From Methanobacteriota archaeon (GTDB lineage Archaea; Thermoplasmatota; Thermoplasmata; RBG-16-68-12), in contig CAMTUI010000005.1 of assembly GCA_947084985.1 (NCBI GenBank), positions 2,358 to 66,357 on the forward strand: DNA of 64,000 nt. The letters run 5' to 3'. The notes beneath the pieces are model-generated. The model did not search any database. It was not told the origin of the DNA and saw nothing but the letters and a program-made list of their open reading frames with translations. Below, in pieces: positions 10,063 to 20,905 of the stretch; the stretch's first letter is position 1, and each line of letters begins with the position of its first letter. The position numbers and the translations under genes are program-made.

Positions 10063-10492
10063 ACGGGTTCGTCCGGATTCGCTCGACCTGCGTGCGGACG
10101 TTTTCCTCCAATTCGCCGAACGCGTGGAAGCTGATCTTCGCGGCGTTCGCGTTGTACTTCTTCGTCAGGGTGTCCTGGAGGTCCTCGTCCTTGAACGTCA
10201 GCATGCCGCAGTCCGTGTGGCTGATCACGAGGAACTCCTTCGTTCCGAGGAGCTCGTTCGAAATGATGAACGAACGGAGCGCGTCCTCCGTCGCAATCCC
10301 TCCTGCGTTCCGGATCACATGGGTGTCTCCCTCCCGGAGCCCCGTAAGCGCATGGACGTCGATTCGGGCATCCATGCACGCAAGGATCGCGAGTTTCTTC
10401 GCGGGAGGCAACGGGAGTCTGCTACGGTCGAAGGTGCGTGCGTATTCGGCGTTCCCGGCGAGGACCTCTTTCAACAAGGGCGTCTCGGCCAT
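9989..10492 (-). CDS. Beta-class carbonic anhydrase (Cab/Rv1284-like)
   Basis: CMDAR, RNAGG, HTDCG zinc motifs. Confidence 0.93.
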   Translation of the reverse strand: MAETPLLKEVLAGNAEYARTFDRSRLPLPPAKKLAILACMDARIDVHALTGLREGDTHVIRNAGGIATEDALRSFIISNELLGTKEFLVISHTDCGMLTFKDEDLQDTLTKKYNANAAKISFHAFGELEENVRTQVERIRTNPFIPKNIPVTGFVYDVKSGKLNRVT

Positions 10493-10503
10493 GGCCCTCC
10501 AGA

Positions 10504-10518
10504 TATAACGACGTTATA
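10504..10518. promoter_or_regulatory. Palindromic operator TATAAC-GAC-GTTATA upstream of beta-CA
   Basis: Perfect inverted repeat extends to GATATAACG-A-CGTTATATC (10502-10520). Confidence 0.7.
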
Positions 10519-10562
10519 TCAAGGCACGTCTTTTCTTCATTCGGAACAGAATATGTACACTA

Positions 10563-11096
10563 CTAAGCTGTCCGAGTTCGTGTGCGGGCCATTCCGTTCA
10601 GAATCTTGGATTTCTGAGGGTGCCATGAACCGACAATCGTGGCAAACCGCGGGATGGATTTCCGACTAACATAAAAGCGCCAGTAGTCCGGAGCCACTTG
10701 ATGACTCGGATTGTGAATCTGGCCACAGCTAATACGAAGCTGCTCGAGGATTCGTCGCAACTCCTCCAAATCTCCTCGGCTCCTTTGCGCGAAATACAGA
10801 TACGGCTCTGCTGCAAAACTCGCAGGGACACCGCCCTCGGCATCAAAATACCCCCTGGCATAGTCGAGCTTGTTTTCCCAAGTAAGAATCGCCGAGCCCT
10901 CAAGGACCGACCTCGAGAATTCCACGACGAAAAGATTGCGGCTCTTGCCCTCCCGATAAGTCCAGGCGCGAGATCCGAGTCGATTTACCAAGCGTTTGAG
11001 GAAGAGGACGTAGCGTTCCTCACGCTGCGAGATACGAATTGTTCTCGGTCGAATGGTGCCATCGTGCAGCGCGCCGAGCAAATATGCCCTGCTCAT
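10563..11096 (-). CDS. Free-standing two-motif LAGLIDADG homing endonuclease
   Basis: Motif 1 AYLLGALHDG, motif 2 DYARGYFDAEG; visibly lower GC than flanking genes; no intein ends or host exteins. Confidence 0.85.
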   Translation of the reverse strand: MSRAYLLGALHDGTIRPRTIRISQREERYVLFLKRLVNRLGSRAWTYREGKSRNLFVVEFSRSVLEGSAILTWENKLDYARGYFDAEGGVPASFAAEPYLYFAQRSRGDLEELRRILEQLRISCGQIHNPSHQVAPDYWRFYVSRKSIPRFATIVGSWHPQKSKILNGMARTRTRTA

Positions 11097-11198
11097 TCGT
11101 TATCCTCGTGTGACGCAGACTACGAGGCGGAGCCTCTTCGATTCAGCGGGAGGAGGTGGGCGAAAGTATCGGGAGCGTTCGCTGCTCCGCGATACCCC

Positions 11199-11205
11199 AA
11201 AAAAA
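11199..11205 (-). terminator. Putative U-tract terminator of the 16S transcript
   Basis: T7 run on the minus strand just beyond the 3' arm of the processing stem. Confidence 0.45.
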
Positions 11206-11284
11206 GGGAGTGGATTAGACGCTCGCGATCGGGAAGCAGAGGCCCTTTCTACCTTGCCAAGGCCTCCTTCGCCTGATGGCTCTT

Positions 11285-12984
<1,700 letters not shown>

Positions 12985-13254
12985 TGATCGTGCACGACGC
13001 TACTATTGGCCATCTAAAGGAATCTTGGCGAGGTAGCTCGAACATACCTCTGCCTTGATCGCGAGCGTCGGGTTCGAGAGGTCACGCACGCACCATGCGT
13101 GCGGGGTTCTCAAACCTCCACAGTGTCGGCCGCATCAGAAGGGGGCCCGTCACGAATCGGGGCCTTCGCCGAAAGCGGCCACCACGGACTCGGGCGATAT
13201 TCGGCTCTACGTGTTCATCGCCTTTGCCGAGTCTTCCAATAGATACCGGACCGA

Positions 13255-13270
13255 GCTATAAGAGTCTTTC
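13255..13270 (-). promoter_or_regulatory. Putative 16S rRNA promoter (BRE/TATA)
   Basis: GAAAGACTCTTATAG on the minus strand about 270 nt upstream of the mature 5' end. Confidence 0.45.
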
Positions 13271-13288
13271 GATATGACTGTTGCTCGG

Positions 13289-14077
13289 TCACATCCCTCC
13301 CGGAGGCAGAGGCTCACAGAAGTCGTCCCACCGCGGGTCCGCCATGCCGCCGTAGAGCACGTCGTTCACGGCGCGGAGCGGGATCAAGGGCATCGCGAAC
13401 GTCGCGGGTCCCTGCACGACCTGGGCGCCGATGAAGCCCGCGTCGTTCGTCGGATTGATGTCGTGGACGGGGAGCAAAAGGTCGTACTGGGCGCCGTGGC
13501 AGATGCAATAGATGGGGTCCTGGCCGAAGTGCGTCCACGTTGGCGGGTCCGCGCCGTAGATGGCGTAGTCGCGGAGCGGGGCCGGGTCCGTGAAAAGGTG
13601 CCAGCTCGACGGGCAACACAGGTGCGTGCAGGGGATGAACAGCGCGACGATCCGGATGTCGTGGGCGGGGTCGTCGTAGTACAGGGAGTACGTCGGCGGG
13701 AGCGTCACGTCCGTCGGGGCTCGGAAGAACTCGTCATCCCGTTTCACTCGGATCACGAGGACGGGATGACCGGTGCCGCGCACCCAGACCCCTTCCCGGA
13801 ACAGTCCCCGCCACACAGCGCTCGCTCCTTGCCACTCCCCGAAGTCCATCACGCGGATCTCTTGGCCGACGTGAGGGCTCCACCAGGTCGTGACGTCCGC
13901 CCAGGGGGTGTACACGAGGCTCTCTCGAATCTCTCCCTCAACCTCCGAAGGCGGGCCGAACAGAGTGGGGGACAGCGCGATTCCCGTAAGGGCACCCGCA
14001 CCCGCGGACGCGCCGATCATCACGCCGGCCTTGATCCAATCCCGCCGGGTCCACCGCCGATCCGATTCATCCGTCAA
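13289..14077 (-). CDS. Tat-exported Rieske [2Fe-2S] protein, paralog 2
   Basis: TRRDWIK plus hydrophobic helix; CTHLCC and CICHGAQYD boxes. Confidence 0.82.
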   Translation of the reverse strand: MTDESDRRWTRRDWIKAGVMIGASAGAGALTGIALSPTLFGPPSEVEGEIRESLVYTPWADVTTWWSPHVGQEIRVMDFGEWQGASAVWRGLFREGVWVRGTGHPVLVIRVKRDDEFFRAPTDVTLPPTYSLYYDDPAHDIRIVALFIPCTHLCCPSSWHLFTDPAPLRDYAIYGADPPTWTHFGQDPIYCICHGAQYDLLLPVHDINPTNDAGFIGAQVVQGPATFAMPLIPLRAVNDVLYGGMADPRWDDFCEPLPPGGM

Positions 14078-14090
14078 TCAGCGACCTCCT

Positions 14091-14864
14091 TCAGCCGCAC
14101 GCGGGATCGTACCATCGCGGATCCGGCATCCCGCCCATGAGGACGTCGTCCACCGCGCGGATCGGGATGACGGGCAGCGAACGCCGGGTGGGCCCGTGCA
14201 CGTTCTTTGCGCCGACATAGGCGGCCCCGCTTTTTGAATTCACGTCCACGGCAAGGAGGAGGGGATCGTACTGGGAGCCGTGGCACACACAGAAGACGGG
14301 GTCCTGACCGTACACCGAGAACGTCGGAGAACCGGGTTTGTAATCGCGAAGCGGGTCCACGTCCGTCACGACGTGCCACCCGGGCGGACAGCACAGGTGC
14401 GGACATCGATCGTACAGAACCACGAGGCGGATCTCTCGGATCGGGTCCTCGAAGTAGAGGTCGTATCCCTCGGGGAGCATCTCGACCTCCGGTGCGGTGA
14501 ACTCCGGGGCCATGTACGGGATCCGGATCACGAGCGCCGGATATCCCGTCGAAGGAATCCAGCGACCGTCCTTGAAGAGCCCCCGCCAGACTCCGGTGGC
14601 CCCCTCCCACACCTGGAAATCCGTCACGCGGATCGGTCGGCCCTGACGGTCGTTCCACCACGCGTGCGTCGGCCATTTCGTGTAGTAGATCGTGTCGCGG
14701 ACCTCACCCTCGAACCTCGGCGGCGGAGGGAGGATTTGTCCCGCAACTGTCGCGCCCATGGCGGCAAAGCTGCCCACCGCCCCGGCGGCCAGCGCGAGTC
14801 GCACCCACTCCCGCCGGGTCAAGCCCGGCTCATGGGTCTCGTCGCCTTCCCAGCCCGTTCGCAT
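14091..14864 (-). CDS. Tat-exported Rieske [2Fe-2S] protein, paralog 1
   Basis: TRREWVR plus hydrophobic helix; CPHLCC and CVCHGSQYD boxes; GPT.R.LP. Confidence 0.82.
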   Translation of the reverse strand: MRTGWEGDETHEPGLTRREWVRLALAAGAVGSFAAMGATVAGQILPPPPRFEGEVRDTIYYTKWPTHAWWNDRQGRPIRVTDFQVWEGATGVWRGLFKDGRWIPSTGYPALVIRIPYMAPEFTAPEVEMLPEGYDLYFEDPIREIRLVVLYDRCPHLCCPPGWHVVTDVDPLRDYKPGSPTFSVYGQDPVFCVCHGSQYDPLLLAVDVNSKSGAAYVGAKNVHGPTRRSLPVIPIRAVDDVLMGGMPDPRWYDPACG

Positions 14865-14963
14865 CCCCGATGGCGTGCCGATGTGACTTTTCGGCCCGCC
14901 GAAAACGCAGCCCGGGATCCGCACTTCAACCTGGCGTAGGTATCGTGCGTATAACTGACACGG

Positions 14964-16103
14964 TTACGCCGCGAGAGCTTCCAGAAGGATCACGCCGCCG
15001 ACCAGGAGGTAGAGTGCATACACGCCCCCTCCGGCCGCCAGGAGGACGAGCCCGCCGGTCAGTGCGGCGGCCCGACTTACGTTGAGGAGAAGCTCGCGGG
15101 TCGCGGTGACGGTCGGTACCGCGTCCTCCGACCGGTCCACGACAATCGTGTAGATGAATGACGGCGCCACGGCAGAGGTCATCGAGAGCCAGCCGACCGC
15201 GAACGCGAACGTGCCGAGGTCCCGCTGGGCGAACGCGAGGACGCACGCAGGCACAGAGAGGACGGGTCCCAGAATCAGGAACGGCATGCGGGCCCTCACG
15301 CGATCCGAGATCCGGCCGAGGACCACCGCCGCCACGCCCGCGGCGAGGGAGAACAATGCGAAGAGGAGGCCGAGCTCGAACGCGTTCGTCGTAAAGAGGA
15401 ACGAGGCGAGCGGCGTCGCGGCGAAGAGGAGGCCTTCGACGCCTCCCTGGCCGGAGAACGCGAGCGCGGTCCGCCGGCCCATCCGACGCAGGTCGATTTT
15501 GAAGACGAGCGATTCCTCCCGCTGCGCGAGCAGACGGACGAGGCCCAGGTTCGCGAGCACGATCATGCCGCCGAGTGCGAACATTAGCGGATATCCGATC
15601 CGGAGGGCGAGGTAGCCGCCGACCGCGGGCGCGACGACCGCAATCGTCGTGAAGGTCGCCGTGACCCCGGCCAAGCGGCCCGCGCGGTTCGCCCGGCTCG
15701 TCTCCTTCACCAGGAGGGAGTTCAGCGGCAGCCAGAAGAGTGGGAGGTACAGCCCGAACGCGAGGCCCGCCGTCCCGATGACCGCGAGGGGTGACAGCAC
15801 GAGGAACGAGAAGTGGCCCAACGCCATGATGCCGAGTCCGATCGACATGTACGTCGTCGCGCGGATCGGCCGGCCGCGGGAAATCCCGACCACGAGGAGC
15901 GATGCGACGAGGAACGAGACGAGCCACATGAGGACCGCGACGCGAAAATCGAGGGAGTGGGGCGGGCTCACGAGGTACACGAGCCAAAAGCTCCCCGCCA
16001 TCTGGTTCCCGAACGACTGCACTGCGACGATCGCGATCAGTTCGCGATAGCCGCGCGGACGTGACCCACGGACCGCGAGCGGCGAGGGAGGGACGGACGC
16101 CAT
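14964..16103 (-). CDS. MFS transporter
   Basis: About 12 TM helices, GRISDRVRAR motif A-like loop. Confidence 0.85.
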   Translation of the reverse strand: MASVPPSPLAVRGSRPRGYRELIAIVAVQSFGNQMAGSFWLVYLVSPPHSLDFRVAVLMWLVSFLVASLLVVGISRGRPIRATTYMSIGLGIMALGHFSFLVLSPLAVIGTAGLAFGLYLPLFWLPLNSLLVKETSRANRAGRLAGVTATFTTIAVVAPAVGGYLALRIGYPLMFALGGMIVLANLGLVRLLAQREESLVFKIDLRRMGRRTALAFSGQGGVEGLLFAATPLASFLFTTNAFELGLLFALFSLAAGVAAVVLGRISDRVRARMPFLILGPVLSVPACVLAFAQRDLGTFAFAVGWLSMTSAVAPSFIYTIVVDRSEDAVPTVTATRELLLNVSRAAALTGGLVLLAAGGGVYALYLLVGGVILLEALAA

Positions 16104-16199
16104 CCGTACGGCCGCGACATCCGCGGACATACAAAGAGGCTTCGCACGGAGGCGGAGCGGAGAAAAGGTTTATAGACGGACCCCGATGAACGCGCGCCT

Positions 16200-16282
16200 G
16201 CGGGGATCGCCTAGCCTGGTAGGGCGCGGGATTGCTAATCCCGTGCGCTCTGCGCCCGGGGGTTCAAATCCCCCTCCCCGCG
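16200..16282 (+). tRNA. tRNA-Ser(GCT)
   Basis: Acceptor GCGGGGA/TCCCCGC, anticodon arm CGGGA-TTGCTAA-TCCCG, long variable arm, GGTTCAAATCC; TTTATA box upstream. Confidence 0.95.
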
Positions 16283-16343
16283 CGGTCGCTCCGCTCGGCC
16301 GACCAGACACCGTTCCCTTGCAACGGCGAGACACCATCCGATC

Positions 16344-16643
16344 ATGCCTATGCAAATCCGCTGGTACGACGAGGTTGACGCCCATGACGTGTTCCGGCTC
16401 AACCTGGCCGCGTTCGGTCGCGGACTGTCCGAGGGCTGGGTTCGGCTCGCGCGTCGACGCGACCCACGCGTCTCGGACGGGTACGCCATCTACGCAGTGG
16501 AGGGACGGAAGCCGGTCGCCCAGGTCATCCCGGAGCGGATGCCCGTACGGCTCACAAGCGGCCCGGAGGTCGTCGGGGCCGTGGCAGGAGTCTGCGCCCA
16601 CCCCGGCGTGTGGGGGAGAGGGTATGCGGCCAAGTTGATGTAA
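16344..16643 (+). pseudogene. Truncated GNAT (Eis-like) acetyltransferase, 5' half only
   Basis: Stops immediately after the acetyl-CoA motif VCAHPGVWGRGYAAKLM. Confidence 0.65.
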
Positions 16644-16650
16644 AGGGCCG

Positions 16651-16767
16651 GAGAACAAGCTGTACGGTGTGCTTGACGCGCCCGACCAGGAGGCCGTCGA
16701 GAAGCACCACGCGAAGCTGGGCGTGCGCTGCGACTGGATTCACGAGATCAGCTCCGCTAGAGAGTGA
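16651..16767 (+). pseudogene. 3' fragment of a DUF4242/SCO4226-like protein
   Basis: ENKLYGVLDAPDQEAVEKHHAKLGVRCDWIHEI with no start codon (in-frame TGA at 16636). Confidence 0.55.
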
Positions 16768-16916
16768 TTCAACTGGGAAAATGGTTTCGTCCATCGGCCA
16801 GCCTAGGCCCCGCGCGGACCGGGGACCCGCGACGGACACCGAGTCCCGGACGATAGCTTATTCCCCACGCTTCGTTCCCGTCGACGACTCTTCGGACCGC
16901 ATCGAACGGGATTCAC

Positions 16917-18269
16917 ATGGCCGAGATTCGCCGCGAAGCCATCGGAGCCCTGATGGACCGAGAACGCGGACGCTTCGTGACAGATCACCCGACGTCTGCG
17001 AAGCTGTTCGAACGAGCGCAGGAACACCTCCTCGCCGGTGTCCCAATGAATTGGATGGTCCGATGGGCGGGTCCCTTCCCGATCTTCGTGCGGGAGGGCC
17101 GTGGCACATACGTGACCGACGTCGACGGACACCGGTATCTCGATCTCTGCCTGGGCGACACGGGTTCGATGTTCGGTCACTCGCCCAGACCCGTGGTCGA
17201 CGTCGCGGCGCGGCAGCTCCGTCGTGGGATCACGATGATGCTCCCGACGGAGGACTCCGTGTGGGTGGGCGAGGAACTATCGCGACGCTTCGGACTGCCA
17301 TACTGGCAGGTCGCACTCTCGGCCACGGACGCGAACCGGTTTGCGATCCGCCTGGCGCGCGACGTGACCCGCCGATCGAAGATCCTCGTGTACAACGGGT
17401 GCTACCATGGCACGGTCGACGAGGCCCTCGTCGACCTGAGGGAGGGCAAGGTGCACCCCCGCCACGGGAACATTGGACCGCCTGTCGATCCAAGCGTGAC
17501 CACGAAAGCAATCGAATTCAACGACGTGGAGGCGCTCAAACGGGCCCTCGCGCCGATGGACGTGGCCTGTGTCCTTGCGGAGCCGGCGATGACGAACCGT
17601 GGAATCATTCTGCCGGAACCGGGATACCACGATGCGCTCCGCGAGATCACGCGGCGGACCGAGACCTTGCTGATCCTTGATGAGACGCACACGATCTGCT
17701 GCGGCCCGGGCGGATACACGGCCGCCCAGGGCCTCGAGCCGGATATACTGACGCTCGGGAAGCCGATCGCGAGCGGCATCCCTGCATCCGCGTTCGGAAT
17801 CAGCGAGGACGTCGCTCGCCGGATCATGGAAAAGGTCACGGCGGAGTCGACAGACGAAAGCGGAATTGGCGGCACGCTATCCGGCAACGCGCTCGCGATG
17901 ACCGCGATGCGGGCTACCCTCGAGAACCTGATCACGAAGGAGGCGTTCGACCGCATGATGCCTCTCGCGGAACGATTCGAAATGGGAGTCGATCGCGTGA
18001 TCCGGGAAAACGAGCTGCCGTGGCACGTTGTCCGTCTGGGCGTGCGGATTGAGTACCGGTTTCAGAAGAACGTTCCGAGGAATGGGACGGAAGCCGAAGA
18101 GGGAAAGGATTCCGAACTGGACGCACTGATCCATCTGTACGCGCTGAATCGAAGAATCCTGTTGACACCCTTCCATAACATGGCCCTCATCTCCCCGTTC
18201 ACGAGGCGAGCGGACGTCGATCGGCACACGCGGATGTTCCGCGATTGCGTCTCGGAACTCCTGACCTAG
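16917..18269 (+). CDS. Class III PLP aminotransferase (GSA aminomutase-like)
   Basis: DVDGHRYLD, YHGTVDE, LILDETHT, LGKPIASG, GGTLSGN. Confidence 0.88.
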   Translation: MAEIRREAIGALMDRERGRFVTDHPTSAKLFERAQEHLLAGVPMNWMVRWAGPFPIFVREGRGTYVTDVDGHRYLDLCLGDTGSMFGHSPRPVVDVAARQLRRGITMMLPTEDSVWVGEELSRRFGLPYWQVALSATDANRFAIRLARDVTRRSKILVYNGCYHGTVDEALVDLREGKVHPRHGNIGPPVDPSVTTKAIEFNDVEALKRALAPMDVACVLAEPAMTNRGIILPEPGYHDALREITRRTETLLILDETHTICCGPGGYTAAQGLEPDILTLGKPIASGIPASAFGISEDVARRIMEKVTAESTDESGIGGTLSGNALAMTAMRATLENLITKEAFDRMMPLAERFEMGVDRVIRENELPWHVVRLGVRIEYRFQKNVPRNGTEAEEGKDSELDALIHLYALNRRILLTPFHNMALISPFTRRADVDRHTRMFRDCVSELLT

Positions 18270-18381
18270 CAGGGTTCGCGTGGCTCTCATACAATCTTTC
18301 CCGGAAATTTTCGCGGTACATTCAACAATTCGTTTTCAAAAAGCGTTTTATCGGATGAAACCTTCCCGCTAACGGGAGCGG

Positions 18382-19593
18382 ATGGCGAACGTCGTCGTAC
18401 TGGGTGTGGGCGCTGCAGGCGAAGTCACCGCGCGACTCCTCGCGGGTGACCGTTCGATCGACCGTCTTCGACTCGTCGATATCCGACAGGAGCGACTGGA
18501 ACAGGTCGCCTCGAAAGTCAAGCGGGACGTGGAGACGCTCCGGGCGGACCTCTCCCGCACAGCCGACGTCCGTCGTGCGTGCCGCGACGCCGACGTCCTC
18601 GTGAACGCGGCCCTTCCGAATTACAACCTCCGGATCATGCAAGAGGCGTTGCGGCTCCCCGCTCACTACGTCGACCTCGCGTCGGAAGGGTCCCCGGATC
18701 CGAGCGAGCCGTCCCAGGTCCACCGGCAGCTCGCCCTCGATGGAGAGTTCCGCCGCAAGGACCGCACGGCGATCCTCGGGATGGGCGTGGCACCGGGCAT
18801 CACGAACCTCTTGACCCGCCGGGTCGCCGAGCGGCTGGACCGGATCGACGCGATCCGCATCCGCGTGTATGGCAGCGGCTACGCGGAGGTGGACGGCTAC
18901 GTGTTCGCGCCCCTCTTCTCCCCGGAGACATTCCTCGAAGAGGTGCTCTGGCCCGCCCCGGTGTGGAAAGGCGACCGGATCGTGAAGCTCCCGCCCTTCA
19001 GCGGCGAGGAGGAGTTCCCGTTCCCGGACCCGCTCGGCATCGGTTTCTGCTACAACGTGAACAACGAGGAGTGCGAGACGATGCCGTTGTTCCTCGGGAA
19101 GCCGGTCGGCTTCATCGATTTCAAGTACGCGATCGCCCCACGGCGAAAGGTCCTGCTGGAGAGCCTCCACGCCCTCGGCCTCACTCGGCCGGATCCCGTG
19201 ATCGTGAAGGGCAAGGAGGTCTCCCCGCTCGCCGTGGTCCTCGCGTTGTTGCCCGATGCGTCGTCCCTCGCAGGCCGGGTCCAAGGGCACACGTGCGTCG
19301 TCGTGGAGATCGAAGGCCGGACATCCGGGAAGAAGATCGGGATTCGCACGTGGACGCTCCTGGGGCACGAGGATGCGTATCGGAAGATGGGCGTCCATGC
19401 GACCGCGTTCCTGACAGGCGCGCCTCCGGCGGCGGCCGTGCAGGCGCTCCTATCGGGAGAGATCGATCGGCGCGGTGCCACGACGGGTGGCGGGCTCGAA
19501 CCTGATCCGATCCTCCGACGCGCGATCGACTTCGGTGTCCCCCTCTATGAGGGCGACATCGGCGCGAACCGAGGCCGACCGCTCGCCGCCTGA
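18382..19593 (+). CDS. Saccharopine dehydrogenase-like oxidoreductase
   Basis: N-terminal GVGAAG Rossmann, VNAA, HYVDL, GMGVAPGITN, FSPET. Confidence 0.85.
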   Translation: MANVVVLGVGAAGEVTARLLAGDRSIDRLRLVDIRQERLEQVASKVKRDVETLRADLSRTADVRRACRDADVLVNAALPNYNLRIMQEALRLPAHYVDLASEGSPDPSEPSQVHRQLALDGEFRRKDRTAILGMGVAPGITNLLTRRVAERLDRIDAIRIRVYGSGYAEVDGYVFAPLFSPETFLEEVLWPAPVWKGDRIVKLPPFSGEEEFPFPDPLGIGFCYNVNNEECETMPLFLGKPVGFIDFKYAIAPRRKVLLESLHALGLTRPDPVIVKGKEVSPLAVVLALLPDASSLAGRVQGHTCVVVEIEGRTSGKKIGIRTWTLLGHEDAYRKMGVHATAFLTGAPPAAAVQALLSGEIDRRGATTGGGLEPDPILRRAIDFGVPLYEGDIGANRGRPLAA

Positions 19594-19664
19594 GCCGGCG
19601 TCCGATGCGTACAATCCCTGCGGCATCTCCTAGTACCGGGATGCACGTTCCGCCCGAGACAAGC

Positions 19665-19895
19665 ATGCGGGCATTCGTGCTCGTGAAGGTGGCCACGGGG
19701 CATGAGGTGGAGGCGATGAAGGCCCTGCGGGCCATCCCCAACGTCGGGGACGTGCACTTCCTGTTCGGCGAGTTCGACTACATCCTGTCCGTGGACTCGA
19801 CGTCGTGGGAAGGGCTCTCCCGTCTCCTCTCGCAGCGGGTGCGTCGGATTCCCGGCGTGGAGCAGACCGTGACGCTCCTCGAGGCGCCGATCTGA
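19665..19895 (+). CDS. Lrp/AsnC ligand-binding domain protein
   Basis: AFVLVKV..G, FGEFDYI, IPGVEQT.T. Confidence 0.85.
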   Translation: MRAFVLVKVATGHEVEAMKALRAIPNVGDVHFLFGEFDYILSVDSTSWEGLSRLLSQRVRRIPGVEQTVTLLEAPI

Positions 19896-19898
19896 GTC

Positions 19899-20474
19899 TC
19901 AGTGCGCCAAGGGGAAGTTCGTCTCCCCCGCCCGAATCGGGACCGCGAGCCAGTTCTCCCTCGGCGGGAACGGGCAGACGTAATCCTCGCTGTATGCACA
20001 GTACGGGTTATACGCGAGGTTGAAATCGATCACGTATTCATCCCCCGGCTCCTCCTCGATGTCCAGGTACCTCGCCGCGCCATACGTTTCCTTACCGGAC
20101 GTCGCGTCACGGAAGGGGACGAACAGGGATCCGGAATCGTGCTGATGGCCTGGGCCCGGAGCGGACTTGTACGCGCTGAGCCGCTGCTTCGTCCCATCGA
20201 TCTCGAACTCGAACATACCATAGCGGACCATGTTCCGGGGCACGCCCTTCGACGTCGCGAGGACGACGGGCTCGGGGTTCGGGTTCTTTACGAGTCTCGC
20301 ACGGACGCGATACGCCGGATCCGGCGGGAAGTACGTGAGTCCCCCGAACGTCGCTCGCAACGCAGACGGAATCGGGGACGACGGGTCCTCACGGAACCAG
20401 TAGTCCTTTTCCTGCCGCATCGTGTCAATCTGCTTGACGTACTCTGCAGGGGTGTGGGCGTGGCCCGAAGGCAT
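19899..20474 (-). CDS. DUF1684 family protein
   Basis: PFRDATSGKETYGAARYL, DFNLAYNPYCAYS..CP.PP.EN. Confidence 0.9.
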   Translation of the reverse strand: MPSGHAHTPAEYVKQIDTMRQEKDYWFREDPSSPIPSALRATFGGLTYFPPDPAYRVRARLVKNPNPEPVVLATSKGVPRNMVRYGMFEFEIDGTKQRLSAYKSAPGPGHQHDSGSLFVPFRDATSGKETYGAARYLDIEEEPGDEYVIDFNLAYNPYCAYSEDYVCPFPPRENWLAVPIRAGETNFPLAH

Positions 20475-20518
20475 GGGACCGCGCAGGCTGTCGGTCCGGC
20501 ATAAACCTGTGTGGCGGA

Positions 20519-20836
20519 CTACATGGAGAAGAGGTTCTCCCTCGCCTTCGCGAGGAGGTCCTTCTCCTGTTGCCCGAGGTGCGACGCGGGGACCTGCTTC
20601 TCGAAGAGCGCGATGATCTCCGTCGCCGCGGCAATCTTTTGCGCCTGCGTGGCCTGTTTGATCAGGTCCGCCGCGACGCGTGCCTTGAGCTTCGACAGGC
20701 CCGTGTCCTCGGGCGCGACGGAGAACAGCTCCTCGACGAGCTTGAGGGATTCGTCAAAGCGACCCGTCTTCGCGAACGACTTCACGGCACGCTCGATCAT
20801 CGCGAACCGATGGACCGTGCCGGGGTCAAGGGGCAT
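20519..20836 (-). CDS. Hypothetical helical protein
   Basis: Good codon usage; no family recognised. Confidence 0.6.
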   Translation of the reverse strand: MPLDPGTVHRFAMIERAVKSFAKTGRFDESLKLVEELFSVAPEDTGLSKLKARVAADLIKQATQAQKIAAATEIIALFEKQVPASHLGQQEKDLLAKARENLFSM

Positions 20837-20905
20837 TACGATGGGATGGCCCTCCACAATTTAGGCCTTTCCGAACAAGCGGGGGAGATCTCGATCGGGG
20901 TCGGT

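Noticed and set aside
10563-11096. LAGLIDADG ORF as an intein remnant or intron-internal ORF
   Set aside because: No intein splice motifs or flanking extein; it lies outside the intron and the mature rRNA
11151-11158. AGGAGGTG copy of the 16S 3' end as a target-site duplication
   Set aside because: Only 8 bp and no further similarity; compatible with chance
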